A DNA stretch of 64,000 nucleotides from Laetmonice hystrix (Eukaryota): positions 18,292,001-18,356,000 of the forward strand of contig OZ249436.1 of the NCBI GenBank assembly GCA_965235115.1, written 5' to 3'. The notes beneath the pieces are model-generated. The model searched no databases and had not been told where the DNA came from. It worked only from the letters and a program-made list of their open reading frames with translations. Of this stretch, positions 1 through 11,800 are shown one piece after another. The position numbers and the translations under genes were made by a program. The first letter of the stretch is position 1. Every line of letters starts with the position of its first letter.

Positions 1-696
1 GGTGTGTGGCGTGTGCAGATATAGTAAGTTCACGGTACGTTGGTCCTGCACGAACCGTCAAACGGACTTCACCGTCGCATTCTGAGAAATCGTATCACGA
101 TCTCATGATCATCATGACATCGATTCTGCTCACATCAGGAAGTGTAGTGCACATGACGGGGGGGGGGGGGGGTCGGAAGAATTGAGACGTACTATACATC
201 GGCCATACGTTTGGTTTCGACATCGCAAAGGTGGTATGACGATGTCTGATACGACAGTAATATTATAATTGTCATTCTGTGATTGGTCTAATTGATCCAA
301 TTAATGATGGACTTATATTGACTCTGGTATTTAGTTTTTTTTCAGTATCCTCGTACGGAATGGCCCTAATGTCCCAGAACTAGGCTGATACACTGAAGCG
401 CGACGCTCGGCTACTTCGTCACGCCGCCCTGAATCTGTTTAACTGTGAATAGCCGTCAACTGTGAATAGCCGTCAACACCCCGCACGGACAGGGAAGGTT
501 CTCAGGTTAATCAAGGTATGACATATGGATGCAGTGCAGGCATACATTGTAGGCCTACGTGGATAGACCATTTATTTCAATTCACTATAGGCCTACGCTG
601 ATAAAATACCTTTACATGGACAATCACACATATACTTGGCCCTTTTAAATTTTCTCTCGGCATCCAACCCCCGATATTCCGATAGTTAATTAAGAA

Positions 697-1722
697 TCAA
701 TTTAAAAGTGTTCTTTTTCCGCTCTGCGTAAGCAGGTCGTTCCGCATCCACAACACGATGTTGGGCCACATGTGGCAGTTGGCCATTTCAAGTTCCGGGA
801 TCTGATTAACATGACGCAGAGCAACGGGCAGTGAGTAAGGGCGATATCTCCTTCCTCGCAAGAAAGCAAACATCCTTCGTACCAACTGCTCATCGGGAGA
901 AGGATTGGTTCCGTTTCCGGGGCACAGGTGCGTGCTATGTGCCATACAAACGACCGGTATAGAAACTGCATCGAACAGCTTGTGTGCTTTCACAAACGCT
1001 CTTGTGACGTAGGCCCCAATGTCTATCCTGAGAATAGCGCCCTGAGATTTTATCACACCAAGAAGATCGTCCATGAGAACCGCTTTAGCAGAATCGCAGA
1101 CCTTAAGCCTACATATATTAAAATGCTGGAAAGGTGAGTTAGAGTCGTCCATCAAGACGATTGTGTCCATGACAACGTCCGCGCGACGCTCCGAGATCAG
1201 GTTGTTGACGACAGTGATGCTGCCCTCAGTTCCCGCCAAAATGGCGGCCTTCTGGAGTCTCCATATATGACTGATGACGGGCTCCACAGCGATAACCCGG
1301 TGCCCGTTGGCTGCCATGAACAAACTGTTGTGGCCAATGTACGCACCGATATCAACAAAGGTACTGTTCACAAATTTCTCCATGCAGGACTTGAGGAAGA
1401 GTGTCTGCCCAAGGTGTTTACTCATGTACTTGTCAAGCTTCGGTTCCACGGGCATAATAGCGGTGTCCCTGTACGTACAGATAGGTGTGGTGGGTGACAT
1501 TATGTCCGCTATGCAAGTTATATTGATGCTGTCCGGCAGAGAGCCACTCATATTGTACACGATCAATGGACTGAAGGTGGATAATTTTGGACAACTAGCT
1601 GTCTTTTCTTCCAGAGGAGCACGACGCCAGAATCTGGGCGGGCCGAGGGTAACTATCATCAGGAACGGCACGTACAGAATCAAAGTCACCAAGGACAGCC
1701 TCTCCCAATGGTTTTCCAACAT
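697..1722 (-). CDS. FkbM-family (Methyltransf_21-like) SAM-dependent methyltransferase with N-terminal signal anchor
   Basis: Uninterrupted ORF with motif I FVDIGAYIGHNSL, followed by VIAVEP and ILRIDIGAY (FkbM-type lkiDvEG position). Hydrophobic segment LSLVTLILYVPFLMIVTLG near the N-terminus. ATG at 1722-1720 lies 8 nt inside a polypyrimidine-AG acceptor (ctctatttccag, intron end 1731), so the GTG start of the ORF track is not used. Confidence 0.85.
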   Translation of the reverse strand: MLENHWERLSLVTLILYVPFLMIVTLGPPRFWRRAPLEEKTASCPKLSTFSPLIVYNMSGSLPDSINITCIADIMSPTTPICTYRDTAIMPVEPKLDKYMSKHLGQTLFLKSCMEKFVNSTFVDIGAYIGHNSLFMAANGHRVIAVEPVISHIWRLQKAAILAGTEGSITVVNNLISERRADVVMDTIVLMDDSNSPFQHFNICRLKVCDSAKAVLMDDLLGVIKSQGAILRIDIGAYVTRAFVKAHKLFDAVSIPVVCMAHSTHLCPGNGTNPSPDEQLVRRMFAFLRGRRYRPYSLPVALRHVNQIPELEMANCHMWPNIVLWMRNDLLTQSGKRTLLN

Positions 1723-2703
1723 GGCCACCTCTGGAAATAGAGATCACAGATAAAGTAACAGTTGAGATACACCCCCCTATATCAGAATGTTCAATGGTTG
1801 CCACATTAGCAACCACGATGGTGCAAATAGTTAGTCTGAGAAGAAAAAGAACCCACCGTATCTTCCTCAAAACTGTCAAACGGAGACAACACACAAGGAA
1901 CCTGCACCTTTGGCCAACAGATGACAACGCTGGCCGAGGTGTAGGGCCGGGCCTATACTCGTTGGTAAATTTCCACTCTTGCAGTATTCAATTGTAACCT
2001 TTCAGTACGTATCTTCGGCCCAAGTGTTGGCCTTGCAACCAAACAGACAATTAGGCCTATATAAAATGTAAAGACACGAGCAATAATATTCCAAACTACG
2101 AGGTCCACACCGCCGCGTAAAATCTAGATACGTACTTTCCCAGTACTCGACCGGATTGTCCGGGTGGCTGACCAGTTGTGAACACTGCGTGACGGACGAA
2201 ACCAACTCGCGGCAAGTCCATTCCCAGGGTGGGACAATAATATACGACCAAAAGATTAAGAAACAAAAAATATAACGAAATAATTGGTAAATATGACACA
2301 AACCGACAGAATAAAGAATCATTTCCGAGTACGGACAAACTACCCCGGACAGGCCAAGGGGACAACCGCCCCGTATAGGACAACTGCCCCCTGGACCCCC
2401 TCCCTCCTCCCTGCAGGTAGTTTCGGCTGGTTATTAAGGACTTGCAACGGACGACATCACTGTGGGGTTACGGTACGGAGGTGGTCGTTACGGGTCGGAG
2501 ATATATACAAAGGGGGGGGGGGGGGAGGCTTGAGACGTTTTGGTGGCCGACCTGGCCTGTCCTTCAGGGCGATAGTAATCTGGAGAAATTGTCCCCGGGC
2601 GATTGTCCGCGGGGCGATGGTCTTATACGGGGCGATTGACACCCTGGTGACTGTCCCACAACAAATTTCAACCTTCATAACTTTAATATTCAATAAGCAG
2701 TAT

Positions 2704-2827
2704 AGAGTGAGAGAGGGGGAGCAAGAGAGAGCGAGAGAGAGAGAGAGAGAGAGAGGGGGGAGAGAGAAAGAGCGAGAGAGAGAGAGAGGAGAGAGAGAGC
2801 GAGAGAGAGAGAGAGAGCGAGAGAGAG

Positions 2828-2887
<60 letters not shown>
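2704..2887. repeat. (GA)n microsatellite, imperfect
   Basis: Directly visible. It explains the ERERER ORF. Confidence 0.97.
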
Positions 2888-2891
<4 letters not shown>

Positions 2892-4035
2892 GTGGTCTAT
2901 TGTCGGAGGAGGACTACCACGGGGTAGTACACAGAATTATCAGCTGCATGGCGCATGGCACATCGCGACTCAGTCAGGACAGGAAGAGTGACGCCTCTTT
3001 TATTACAGATGTACCGATTTCAAGTTGAAACCGTTTTCAGACTCTGCTATGGGGGAACGGATACGTGACGTCACATATGCCCAGGGCTCAGTATTCTATC
3101 AGGGGGAGTCAAAGGGGTTGAGTAGGGCAGGGGTCGAGTGGGGTCAAGGGATCGAGTGGGGGGTTTCAGATTCCTGGATGGAGAAATTTGAAAATGGAGG
3201 AGGAATTTGAAAACAATTTTTAAATCCCTCCCCGGGAATTTGAAAACGTTTTAAAATTCATGGGAGGGAATTTGAATGGGGAGGGGGACTTGAAATCGTT
3301 ACACCTGTATATTCATATGCCCCCGTCCCCATGTGTATCCAGGCCTCTTGCGGCAGTAATCTGGTGTCTGATTGGACCCGGGCAGATCATTATAAGGCAG
3401 TCACCTGGAACACCAGCACTGCTACCAATGCAGAAATCAATACGCGCCACGTGCACCCCCCCCCCCCCCCCCCACACACACACACCTGTGCATTATTCAG
3501 GGCCATGAATCCAGGCCGCCACAGTTACCTTTCGTTGTCTTGTGTTCTTTTCCCATTTTAGATAGAATAATATAATCATACACATACAACATTGTATACC
3601 CTGGAAAACGTGGTCGTGGGAAGAGTTAGGTAAGGTAAACTCGCATTCTTACGTCTCTATAGATCTGTGTAGGCCTATGTATAATGTGCATCCATTGGTA
3701 GTTAATTTACCTTCTAACCCTTTCGACTGTGCAGACACTGAATTTATTAGTCTTTTTTCGTGAACGCTCAGCAGCAGGAGTTGTTTCATACGTTGGGATT
3801 TATGTGAGAATAGATACAAAGGTAATCCCCAAGCTTGATAAATAAATCTGGATGCAGAGACAACCATCACAACACAGCATCAATAATGTAATGCAGTAAA
3901 TGTACACGAAAAAGGATTAGTTATCCATGTATGTGTCTTCAGATTTTGTTCGTTCAGACGTACCTTTGGTGGCTATTCTCACAAACCTGAATATAGTATA
4001 GCGTTCATGAGTCAGGTGGGTGGGTACCTGTGCTG

Positions 4036-4441
4036 TCACACCGCACCCCCGCACCACCCACAGACCACCCACACACCACCCACACCACCCACACCACCCA
4101 CACCACCCACACACCACCCCACCCCACCCCACCCACACACCACCCACCACCCACCCACACCACCACACCACACCACCCACACCACCCACACACCACCCAC
4201 ACCACCCACACACCACCCACACCACCCACACACCACCCACACCACCCACACCACACACGACCCCACCCCACCCCACACCACCCACACACCACCCACACCA
4301 CCCACCACCCACCCACACCACCCACACCCCACCCACACTACCCACACCACCCACACCACCCACACCCACCCCACACCACCCCACACCACCCCACACCCCC
4401 ACCCCACCCACACCACCCCCACACCCACACCCACACCCACC
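4036..4441. repeat. C/A-rich low-complexity tandem repeat (CACCACCCA(CA) units)
   Basis: Directly visible. It explains the several P/H/T and V/G/W ORFs. Confidence 0.95.
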
Positions 4442-4543
4442 GAGTGCTCAGGTGCTGAGATTAACGATTGCTGACTGACCTGCATTGTTTTCCTCCGAAT
4501 ACCCTCAACATTAATGGCGAAAATACGAGCGAGGGATAAATGC

Positions 4544-4692
4544 GACTGTTGTGAGTGGGATTGATGTTCTGTAACTTCTCCGGGTTTTGAGTGTTTCCCC
4601 GTGTATCCTGAGATCACATTGACTGTTGTGAGTGGGATTGATATTCTGTAACTTCTCCGGGTTTTTAGTGTTTCCCCGTGTATCCTGAGATC
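4544..4692. repeat. Tandem duplication, 77-bp unit x2
   Basis: gactgttgtgagtgggattgat...cctgagatc starts at 4544 and again at 4621. Confidence 0.9.
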
Positions 4693-4830
4693 TCCTGTTG
4701 ACGGTAGGCATGAAACCAATCCGTATCACTTAAATAAGTGTACTTATTTAACTGTTATTTTTAAAACGGTAATAAAGTAATGAGAAGGTTATCACGTAGC
4801 TTAGTTCCAACTACTCGCACTACTTGCTTA

Positions 4831-6138
4831 AGCCCCAGTCCCACCAAAGCCGATTGTACGACGTTCTATGCCGTTCTATCAAGATCTGAAATTTAGTTTA
4901 AGTCGTGATGAATCGTGATGAAATCATGAAAACCCGAAGACCTAGCTACGAATCTATCATGTTCTATCCCGACATCGGCCCGACCTTCCCGACAGCGCAA
5001 CGACTAAAGCAACGTTCACTGCCGACCTATGCAGATTGAGCTTCGACCTATCAAGATCCCGGCCCGATGTATGACGACCTATACCAAGATTGACAAACGC
5101 TGTAGCAACGTTCTATGCCGTGCCCCAGCCGAGCTACGACCTGTCCCGATGACATCGGGTCTAGATCAGGGCTAAAGCCCCAGTCCCACCAAAGCCGAAT
5201 TAGCTACGACGTGTCACGATCTGATAAATCGTGTATAATCGGGAAAGGTCCTAACTCGGTCGTACAGTAGTCTTGATAGATCCTCATAGGTCGGGATAGG
5301 CCACGATTGCACCCCGACAATTTTAAACTGTTCAAAACAATCGGCATTGGTCGGGAAAAAGCTCAAATCGGGGATATACCGTAGGTCAAACGTTGCTCAG
5401 TCGGGAATAGTCGTGGGACAATCGGGATAGTTCGTTGTTCAGTCCTGGTTGATCGTAGGACAATCGTCAGACATTTCCTAGATCTAGCCCTGACGTCATC
5501 GGGACAGGTCGTAGCTCGGCTGGGGCTCAGACGGCATAGAACGTTGCTACATCGTTGGTCAAACATCGGGTCGGGTTCTTGATAGGACGTAGCTCAATCT
5601 GCATAGTTCGGCAGAGAACGTTGCTAAGTTGTTTCTCGGTCGGGAAGGTCGGGGGGGATGTCGAGATGGAACATGATAGCACGCAGCGTGATCGTTGAGA
5701 GATCTTTGGAAAACCGTTGCCTAGTCGCCGTTGAACGTGACAATTCGTAGCTAGGTCTTCGGGTTGTCATTATTTCATCACGATTCATCACGACTTAAAA
5801 TAATTTTTAGATCTTGATAGAACGGCATGGAACGTAGTACAATCGGCTTTGGTGGGACTGGGGCTTAATTTTCTGGCAATTATCCTAAGATAAACCAGGA
5901 CTGAACAACGATCGTTCCCCGACTATATACCCGACTGAGCAACGTTTGACCTACGATATAGCCCCGATCTGAGCTTTTTCCCGACCAATGCCGATTGTTT
6001 TGAACAGTTCAAAATTGTCGCGACCTATGAGGATCTATCAAGACTAATCTACGACCGAGTTAGGACCTTTCCCGATTCTACACGATTTATCAGATCGTGA
6101 CACGTCGTAGCTAATTCGGCTTTGGTGGGACTGGGGCT
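4831..6138. mobile_element. PIF/Harbinger-type MITE (outer copy), TSD TTA
   Basis: TIR AGCCCCAGTCCCACCAAAGCCGA at 4831 and its reverse complement ending at 6138. TTA at 4828-4830 and 6139-6141. Confidence 0.85.
5176..5865. mobile_element. Same-family Harbinger-type MITE nested in opposite orientation inside the outer copy, TSD TAA
   Basis: Same TIR at 5176 and ending at 5865. TAA at 5173-5175 and 5866-5868. Internal sequence matches the reverse complement of the two outer halves. Confidence 0.85.
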
Positions 6139-6511
6139 TTACACTCAGTTAAAAAGAAGTGATGGATTAGTGGTTTTACGTTTTTTTCTGCCCAAGTGGT
6201 GTTGATAAGCGAATACGGGAGGAACTCGCGGCATACCCTAGCCAGGGCTCCTACCCACTCGGCCCTCCCAGTAGAAAGAGGAGGCCAGACACCCTTTTGA
6301 CATGAGGCCATGTAACTGTAATGAATTTAATAATTTTGAGGCTGAGGAGGGCAAACAGCAGAACCAGATGTTAAGTGCCGAACAGTTTAGGCCAAACCTC
6401 CTTCACACCTTCATTAGCAACGTATGGAGACAAACAGTCATGCAGCTTTCCTTGAGTATGAACGTTTACTTCGTTTCAGGATCGAGTACTGGCGTAATAA
6501 GACGTGGGAGG

Positions 6512-7087
6512 ATGGCGGAGTATGTGATCCCGACTGACCTCTGTGAGGACCTCTTACTCTGTGCCGTGTGTTACGAAGCGTTTTCTGAAACCCACACACC
6601 GAAGGCGCTTCCATGCCTGCACACGTTTTGTGAATCATGCCTTCAGAATATTATACACAGCCAACGTGGAGATGGAGAAGGAGGTCCATGCATCCTACGT
6701 TGTCCTGTATGCAAAGAGGTCTGCAATGTTCCAGCAAATGGTGTTTCGGGATTTAAAGATGATTTCCGTATCCGGAAAATTTCGGAGATGATTTCAAAGG
6801 TGCAGGAAATGTCTAATGGTTTGACGGTGATCCATACAGATGACAACCAGTGTGGCGTTTGTCGAAGTTATAGCAGAGGACCCTTAGACCCTGGCCTATG
6901 TGTGGACTGCAATACGGAACGCGGATTGTATTGCCAGGGTTGCTCTACGAAACAGATAAACCGGTCGGTAATCTGTGCTGAAAAGATCGTCAAGAGAACC
7001 ATGTCCATCTTGAATGACACTGTTTCCATGCTCCCCAACTCTTCTGTTTGGAATTACAAGAATTACTGGACATATGCAACCCAAGCG
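6512..7087 (+). CDS. RING/NHL (TRIM2/TRIM3-like) protein, coding exon 1: C3HC4 RING and degenerate B-box
   Basis: Acceptor tttcag at 6479, ATG at 6512. LLCAVCYE...PKALPCLHTFCESCL...LRCPVC is a TRIM-type RING. A later CxxC..CxxC..CxxC segment is B-box-like. Phase-0 donor gcg|gtaggc at 7088. Confidence 0.88.
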
Positions 7088-7223
7088 GTAGGCGGAGTAA
7101 ATTAAAATTAAGATTTAAATTAATACTCTAACACCTTAACGTTATTTAGATGCACGAAACCCAACGCACATAATTTTCATGAAAGAACCAACATGTCTAG
7201 TATCGACCATTTTTTAATTCCAG

Positions 7224-8234
7224 GCTCTTGTTTCGCACACCAATAGAAGGAAAACGATAATGGAACGAAACGGAATCTCGGGTAGGCCTACGTTACGGGA
7301 GATTAGAACGAGAATCCCGAGCGACTATGACACGGTAGAACCAGAACAGAGGTCACACTACTGGGTCCGAGGTCACGTCGCCCACGACATTCACACACGT
7401 GTATCGCCTCCTTGGAGACAGCAGAGTGACCAGCAACCAAAATGTATCGGTCGCAAGGGTACAGCCGACGGCGAGTTTAATTTCCCGGCCAGCGTGGCCA
7501 TACTGCTGAATGGTGACATTGCTGTGGCTGACATGCACAACAATAGAGTACAAATATTTAACCCGAGCGGGCAATTCAAGAATAAATTCGGGCGTGAAGG
7601 ATTCAAACCTTGTGGGATTGCTGTGACCAGAGAGGGTAACATTGCCGTCACTGATTGCAAAACCGAGGTGAACTGCATCAAGGTCTTTACCCCCGATGGA
7701 GGGTGCCAAAAACAGCTTGGATTCGGACATTTTGATTACCCTTTTTCCATTGCTGTCGATAGTAAAGAGCGTTTCGTCGTCTCTGATCCAGCTCGTAGTA
7801 GGGTTTCTATTCTCAATTCAAATGGTTCGATAGTTAACAAATTTTCGACGAAGTCGAAGTTCACGTTTTACTTGACGGTTAATTACTCTGACGATATCCT
7901 TGTGTCGGACTGGTATAATCACTGCGTAAAGGTTTTCAATGTTCATGGGCATTTACTCAGAGAGATCACTTACAGAACTACGAGCAACGGAGGGCTGATG
8001 ATGCCATTAGGCATCTGTACAGATAAAAGGGGAAATGTGTTCGTAGTAGATTGTAAGAACGAAAGAGTGTCAAAGTTTGCTTGCGATGGCAGATTCCTCC
8101 GCCATCTGATCGGAAAGAACGAAGGACTTGAACATTCACGGGCTCTGGCCTTATGCATGGATGGCCGCCTTGCTATTACCAGGGGCGACAGCAGATTGAA
8201 CATCCCAAATGATATACGGATCTTTCAAATATGA
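7224..8234 (+). CDS. RING/NHL protein, coding exon 2: NHL-repeat beta-propeller (spliced product about 528 aa)
   Basis: Acceptor tttttaattccag at 7223 joins exon 1 in frame. About six NHL repeats (e.g. FNFPASVA...IAVADMHNNRVQIF, FDYPFSIAVD, PLGICTD). TGA at 8232-8234. Confidence 0.9.
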   Translation, partial: ALVSHTNRRKTIMERNGISGRPTLREIRTRIPSDYDTVEPEQRSHYWVRGHVAHDIHTRVSPPWRQQSDQQPKCIGRKGTADGEFNFPASVAILLNGDIAVADMHNNRVQIFNPSGQFKNKFGREGFKPCGIAVTREGNIAVTDCKTEVNCIKVFTPDGGCQKQLGFGHFDYPFSIAVDSKERFVVSDPARSRVSILNSNGSIVNKFSTKSKFTFYLTVNYSDDILVSDWYNHCVKVFNVHGHLLREITYRTTSNGGLMMPLGICTDKRGNVFVVDCKNERVSKFACDGRFLRHLIGKNEGLEHSRALALCMDGRLAITRGDSRLNIPNDIRIFQI

Positions 8235-8292
8235 AACAGCGGTAACCACGCGATCAAGTCTACTGCACGAAAGCAGGCCCTTGCCGAGTTAA

Positions 8293-8850
8293 AGCCCCGT
8301 TTACACCGAGATTGCGAGGGACTTGAGAGTGAGTTGCGAACAAAAATTTGTCAAAATGGCCTTTCCTCGGGAGGTGGTCGGCAAGATCTTAAGTTGCTCC
8401 TATGTTACTCGGCAGAAGGTCGTAAGGGGTCGTAAGTTACTCCTGAACACTCGTAGTAACTCGGGGTGACTCACTATCGCTCGGCACAAGTTCCCCGACC
8501 GCTATTCGCGGTTTAAAATGGTCGGGAAACTTTTCCCGAGTGGCCAACTCGGGGCTGGCTCGTATGTCGGTCGTAAGTCCCTCGCAATTGGTCGTAAATC
8601 ACTCGTATGTCGTATGTCGCTCGATCGGTACGGACGGAAGTCGGTCGCAAGTCACTCGAGACGGTCTTGCACCGATCGCAAATCGGTCGTCATGCAGTCA
8701 TCACAAGTCAGTCGGGGGTGGTCACGATGGTCGTGTCTTGGTCGGGGGTGCCACGGCCCGAGTTTCATGCCGATAGACATACGACTGACATGCGAGGGTT
8801 TAACCGTCGCATGTCAGTCACAAGTCACTCTCATAACTTGGCAAATTCAG
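8293..8850. mobile_element. Truncated Harbinger-like non-autonomous element just 3' of the NHL gene
   Basis: TAA followed by AGCCCCGTTTACAC, a terminus resembling the 4831 MITE, then a GGTCG/TCGT-rich interior. No right end found, so the end coordinate is approximate. Confidence 0.45.
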
Positions 8851-11800
8851 TAGTGTGAGCAATAGCCTAAAACAAAACTCTCATGAAGGCTGTCTTCTTA
8901 AAGTTATAAAACAACTCTTGGCCAGCTGTCCTTTGTTTAGTGAGCCAGCAGATTGATGTGGATAGATTTCACAGTTGGGGCCGGTGGGTCGTGAGTCACT
9001 ATAGGCCTACTCCACATTCCCTCCCAGTCAGGGTAGGCCTATATGGGTTAGAGGATTAGGCCTATGTGTATTCAGAACAGACATAACTGAATTAACTGTG
9101 GTTTTGAACTGTAGGTATAACTGTCTTAAACATATATGTTTTTGAATCTTACATAGGAGTAGAGTTGAACTAGATATGTTGTGGAGTACAATGTAGTTGC
9201 CTACTCAAGATGAGTACCTTCTGAGTACCCAAAACTACTCCTTGGATTGAGCAGGCAAAACTACTCAGATTGACGAATATTTGAGTAGTTTTTGCCCTCT
9301 GAGATTTTCTGTGTAGATGCAAAATGCCCTCGTCAATTACTACACACGTGTCCCCAAATCTCTTTCTTTGTTCCTCGATAATGACATTGAGGGGATTCAT
9401 TATCACCACACAGGATTCCAGGTCTTTGAAATAAGGTTATAGCCTAGTCCTTTGTAGCAAATTAGGAACTGTCTTGGGTAGCACATTTCATCCCCAACAA
9501 ATTCATGGTTACCATTCTTAAATTTTAATAAAAGCTTCAAACATGTCATCATAAAAAAGTGTATCATCATAATTGGTTAATTTCTGGTTAAAATTCATCT
9601 TAACCAACTTAGTTAACTTAACCACTTTCTTGAAACTGCATGGGACCCACCAAATGCCAGTTAACATTATGCCAAACAGGAAGCGGCTCTTGCAAGATCA
9701 AAATGTGCCAGCATTAGAAAAAAATAAAACAGTGGAAAACAGAAAAATATAAGATTCCCTTTAAAACTACATATAAATTTATTATAATATTATGTTGCAG
9801 TATTTTGTTGACCTTAACCTAGTGAAAAGGTCGAGCCTCCCCCCCCCCCCCCCCCGTAGGTGTATATCGGCGACAGTGAGCACTGTCACAGGCCTGTCAA
9901 GGATTGCCACGGCTTTAATATGGAGCCCTTTAAAGTTGCAGCAACGTATTTTCAATCTGCATCAGTCGTCCAGTATATTTAATTCAACTTTAGCACATGT
10001 GTATCGAGTCAGAGCGACGGTATTTGAGCGGCATAGATCTAAATGAGAACAGCGATCGATGGGCGCCATCTTGGCAGCTTAGAATGTGACAATGTGACGT
10101 AGATCGCTCGACCACCTGCAGTCCTCCTATCCGCAAGCTGGATATAGGCCTAGGCCGCTTCCGAGCGGAGAGCGACCTCTAGCGAGAAAAGGGGTCTGGT
10201 GATCGAGACTAGGCCTATGTCCCCGGTGCCTACCATACGCATCCGCTGTGATGTCTATACGTAGTGTAGGCCTATAGGCCTACGTAGTATTTAGACCGGG
10301 GACCAGGCTATTTGACAAGTGGTTCGGGCAGGTATTTTAATTATAGGCCCTATTCGAGTCACTGTTGTTGAAGAGGTGTTACATTCCAGATATGTTTATG
10401 ATGCTGAATATTGCAGCACTATTTGATGTAGGCCTAGTTGCACAGGTTTTTGTGAAGCGCCCATCCGGGGTAATAGTTTAACCAATGAGAAGGGAGTCCC
10501 CAGCTCTATATTGACTTCATATATTCATGGACGTCCCTTTACGTCTCACACTCCTTCCCATGACCCTCTTCGTGCCTCGACTGTCACTGCCACAAGTGGC
10601 AAACTGGTTCCTTGCCTAGAGGAGTGAAGCAGGGACCCAGCTAGTGCCAGGCTGCCGGGATTATAGGCTACTCCTCTGCTGTTTTCATGATGTCGTGAGC
10701 AATAAAAACTCCAAAAACCTTTTCTAATTTGTGGCTGAGGTTGTTACCTTGCCATCTCCTATCTCCTATTCTATCGTGCAAACAGCAAAAACATCCCACA
10801 GAATCTAATTTGACGGGCGATTTGTTGCCATGCTGTTTGCGCGGGATCCCCGCCCTGCGGAGTGAGCCCAACTTGGTGAGCCGTCTACGCGGAACGCGCG
10901 ACCTGTTCACATCCGACATTGAAATAGTTCTTAAAATAAATGCGAAGGAATGTATTCGGGATAGAACATATCATGTTGATGCTGGATTATTATGTGATAT
11001 TTAAACATTTTAAACACTAATTGGTGAAATCTGGCTTATACGGTACCTACCCAGTGCAGACGTGAGCTAATGCCATACTCATAATAAGCTCACCTGAAAG
11101 TCACAGGATGAGATCATAAAGATGACATAACACTGACATCACAGTGATGTCACAATTCTATCATGATGTGACTTCACGAAAAACTACCTCACTATGATGA
11201 CACAGGGAACTCACATTGTGAGGTCATACTGTGATCTATCCGTTAGCTAACTGACATCATGGTCTTTGAGTTCATAGTCATCCTGAGAGGTCACAATATG
11301 ACGTTGCTGTGAGTTCATGCATGGTGAGTTCGTGCATGGTGATGTAGTCAGTGGTGTCACAACTTCTCACCGTGTGAGGTCACACTGTGAGCTTTCTGTG
11401 AGCTTTCTGTGACATGTTGGTGACAAGGCTATATCCCATATACATGGAGATACCCAGGGCGCAGGACATCATATTTTGGGTGAATCTTAGTTGCCACGTT
11501 GACAACCATATTGCAACGTCTGTCTTACGTTAACAGGACGTCGACAAATTGACCTCAATAGACGGCCTAACAGCAGGTATAGACTCCTCTATGGGTCTGA
11601 TATATAATATACTCTATTCGTTGTATTTGTACAAATCCATAGCGAAAGATACACGTGGTATCCTCACCGTAGGTTTATATGTGCATTTAAACACTGAAGT
11701 GTTTGTGTGAAAAAAGATATCTGAAAATGAATCCGGGGAAAATTAAAGTTTATATAGTGGCCACAACGTCCGATAACCGATAGGTGGCAGCACAAGTGCC

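Noticed and set aside
1595..1927. Hydrophobic 110-aa ORF as an alternative N-terminus of the methyltransferase
   Set aside because: Different frame. The main ORF has its own ATG, TM anchor and an upstream splice acceptor at 1731.
2284..2991. 235-aa ORF with ER repeats
   Set aside because: It is open only because of the (GA)n microsatellite and has no recognisable domain.
3917..4719. Several long overlapping ORFs on both strands
   Set aside because: Translations of a stop-free C/A low-complexity repeat.
6302..6511. N-terminal extension of the RING ORF given by the ORF track
   Set aside because: It crosses a clear acceptor at 6479, so most of it is intron read-through. ATG 6512 fits the usual TRIM start just before the RING.
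10668..10919. 83-aa ORF with a CFCC motif, possibly the zinc-finger start of a TE protein
   Set aside because: Too short, with no second ligand pair or downstream exon that I could support.
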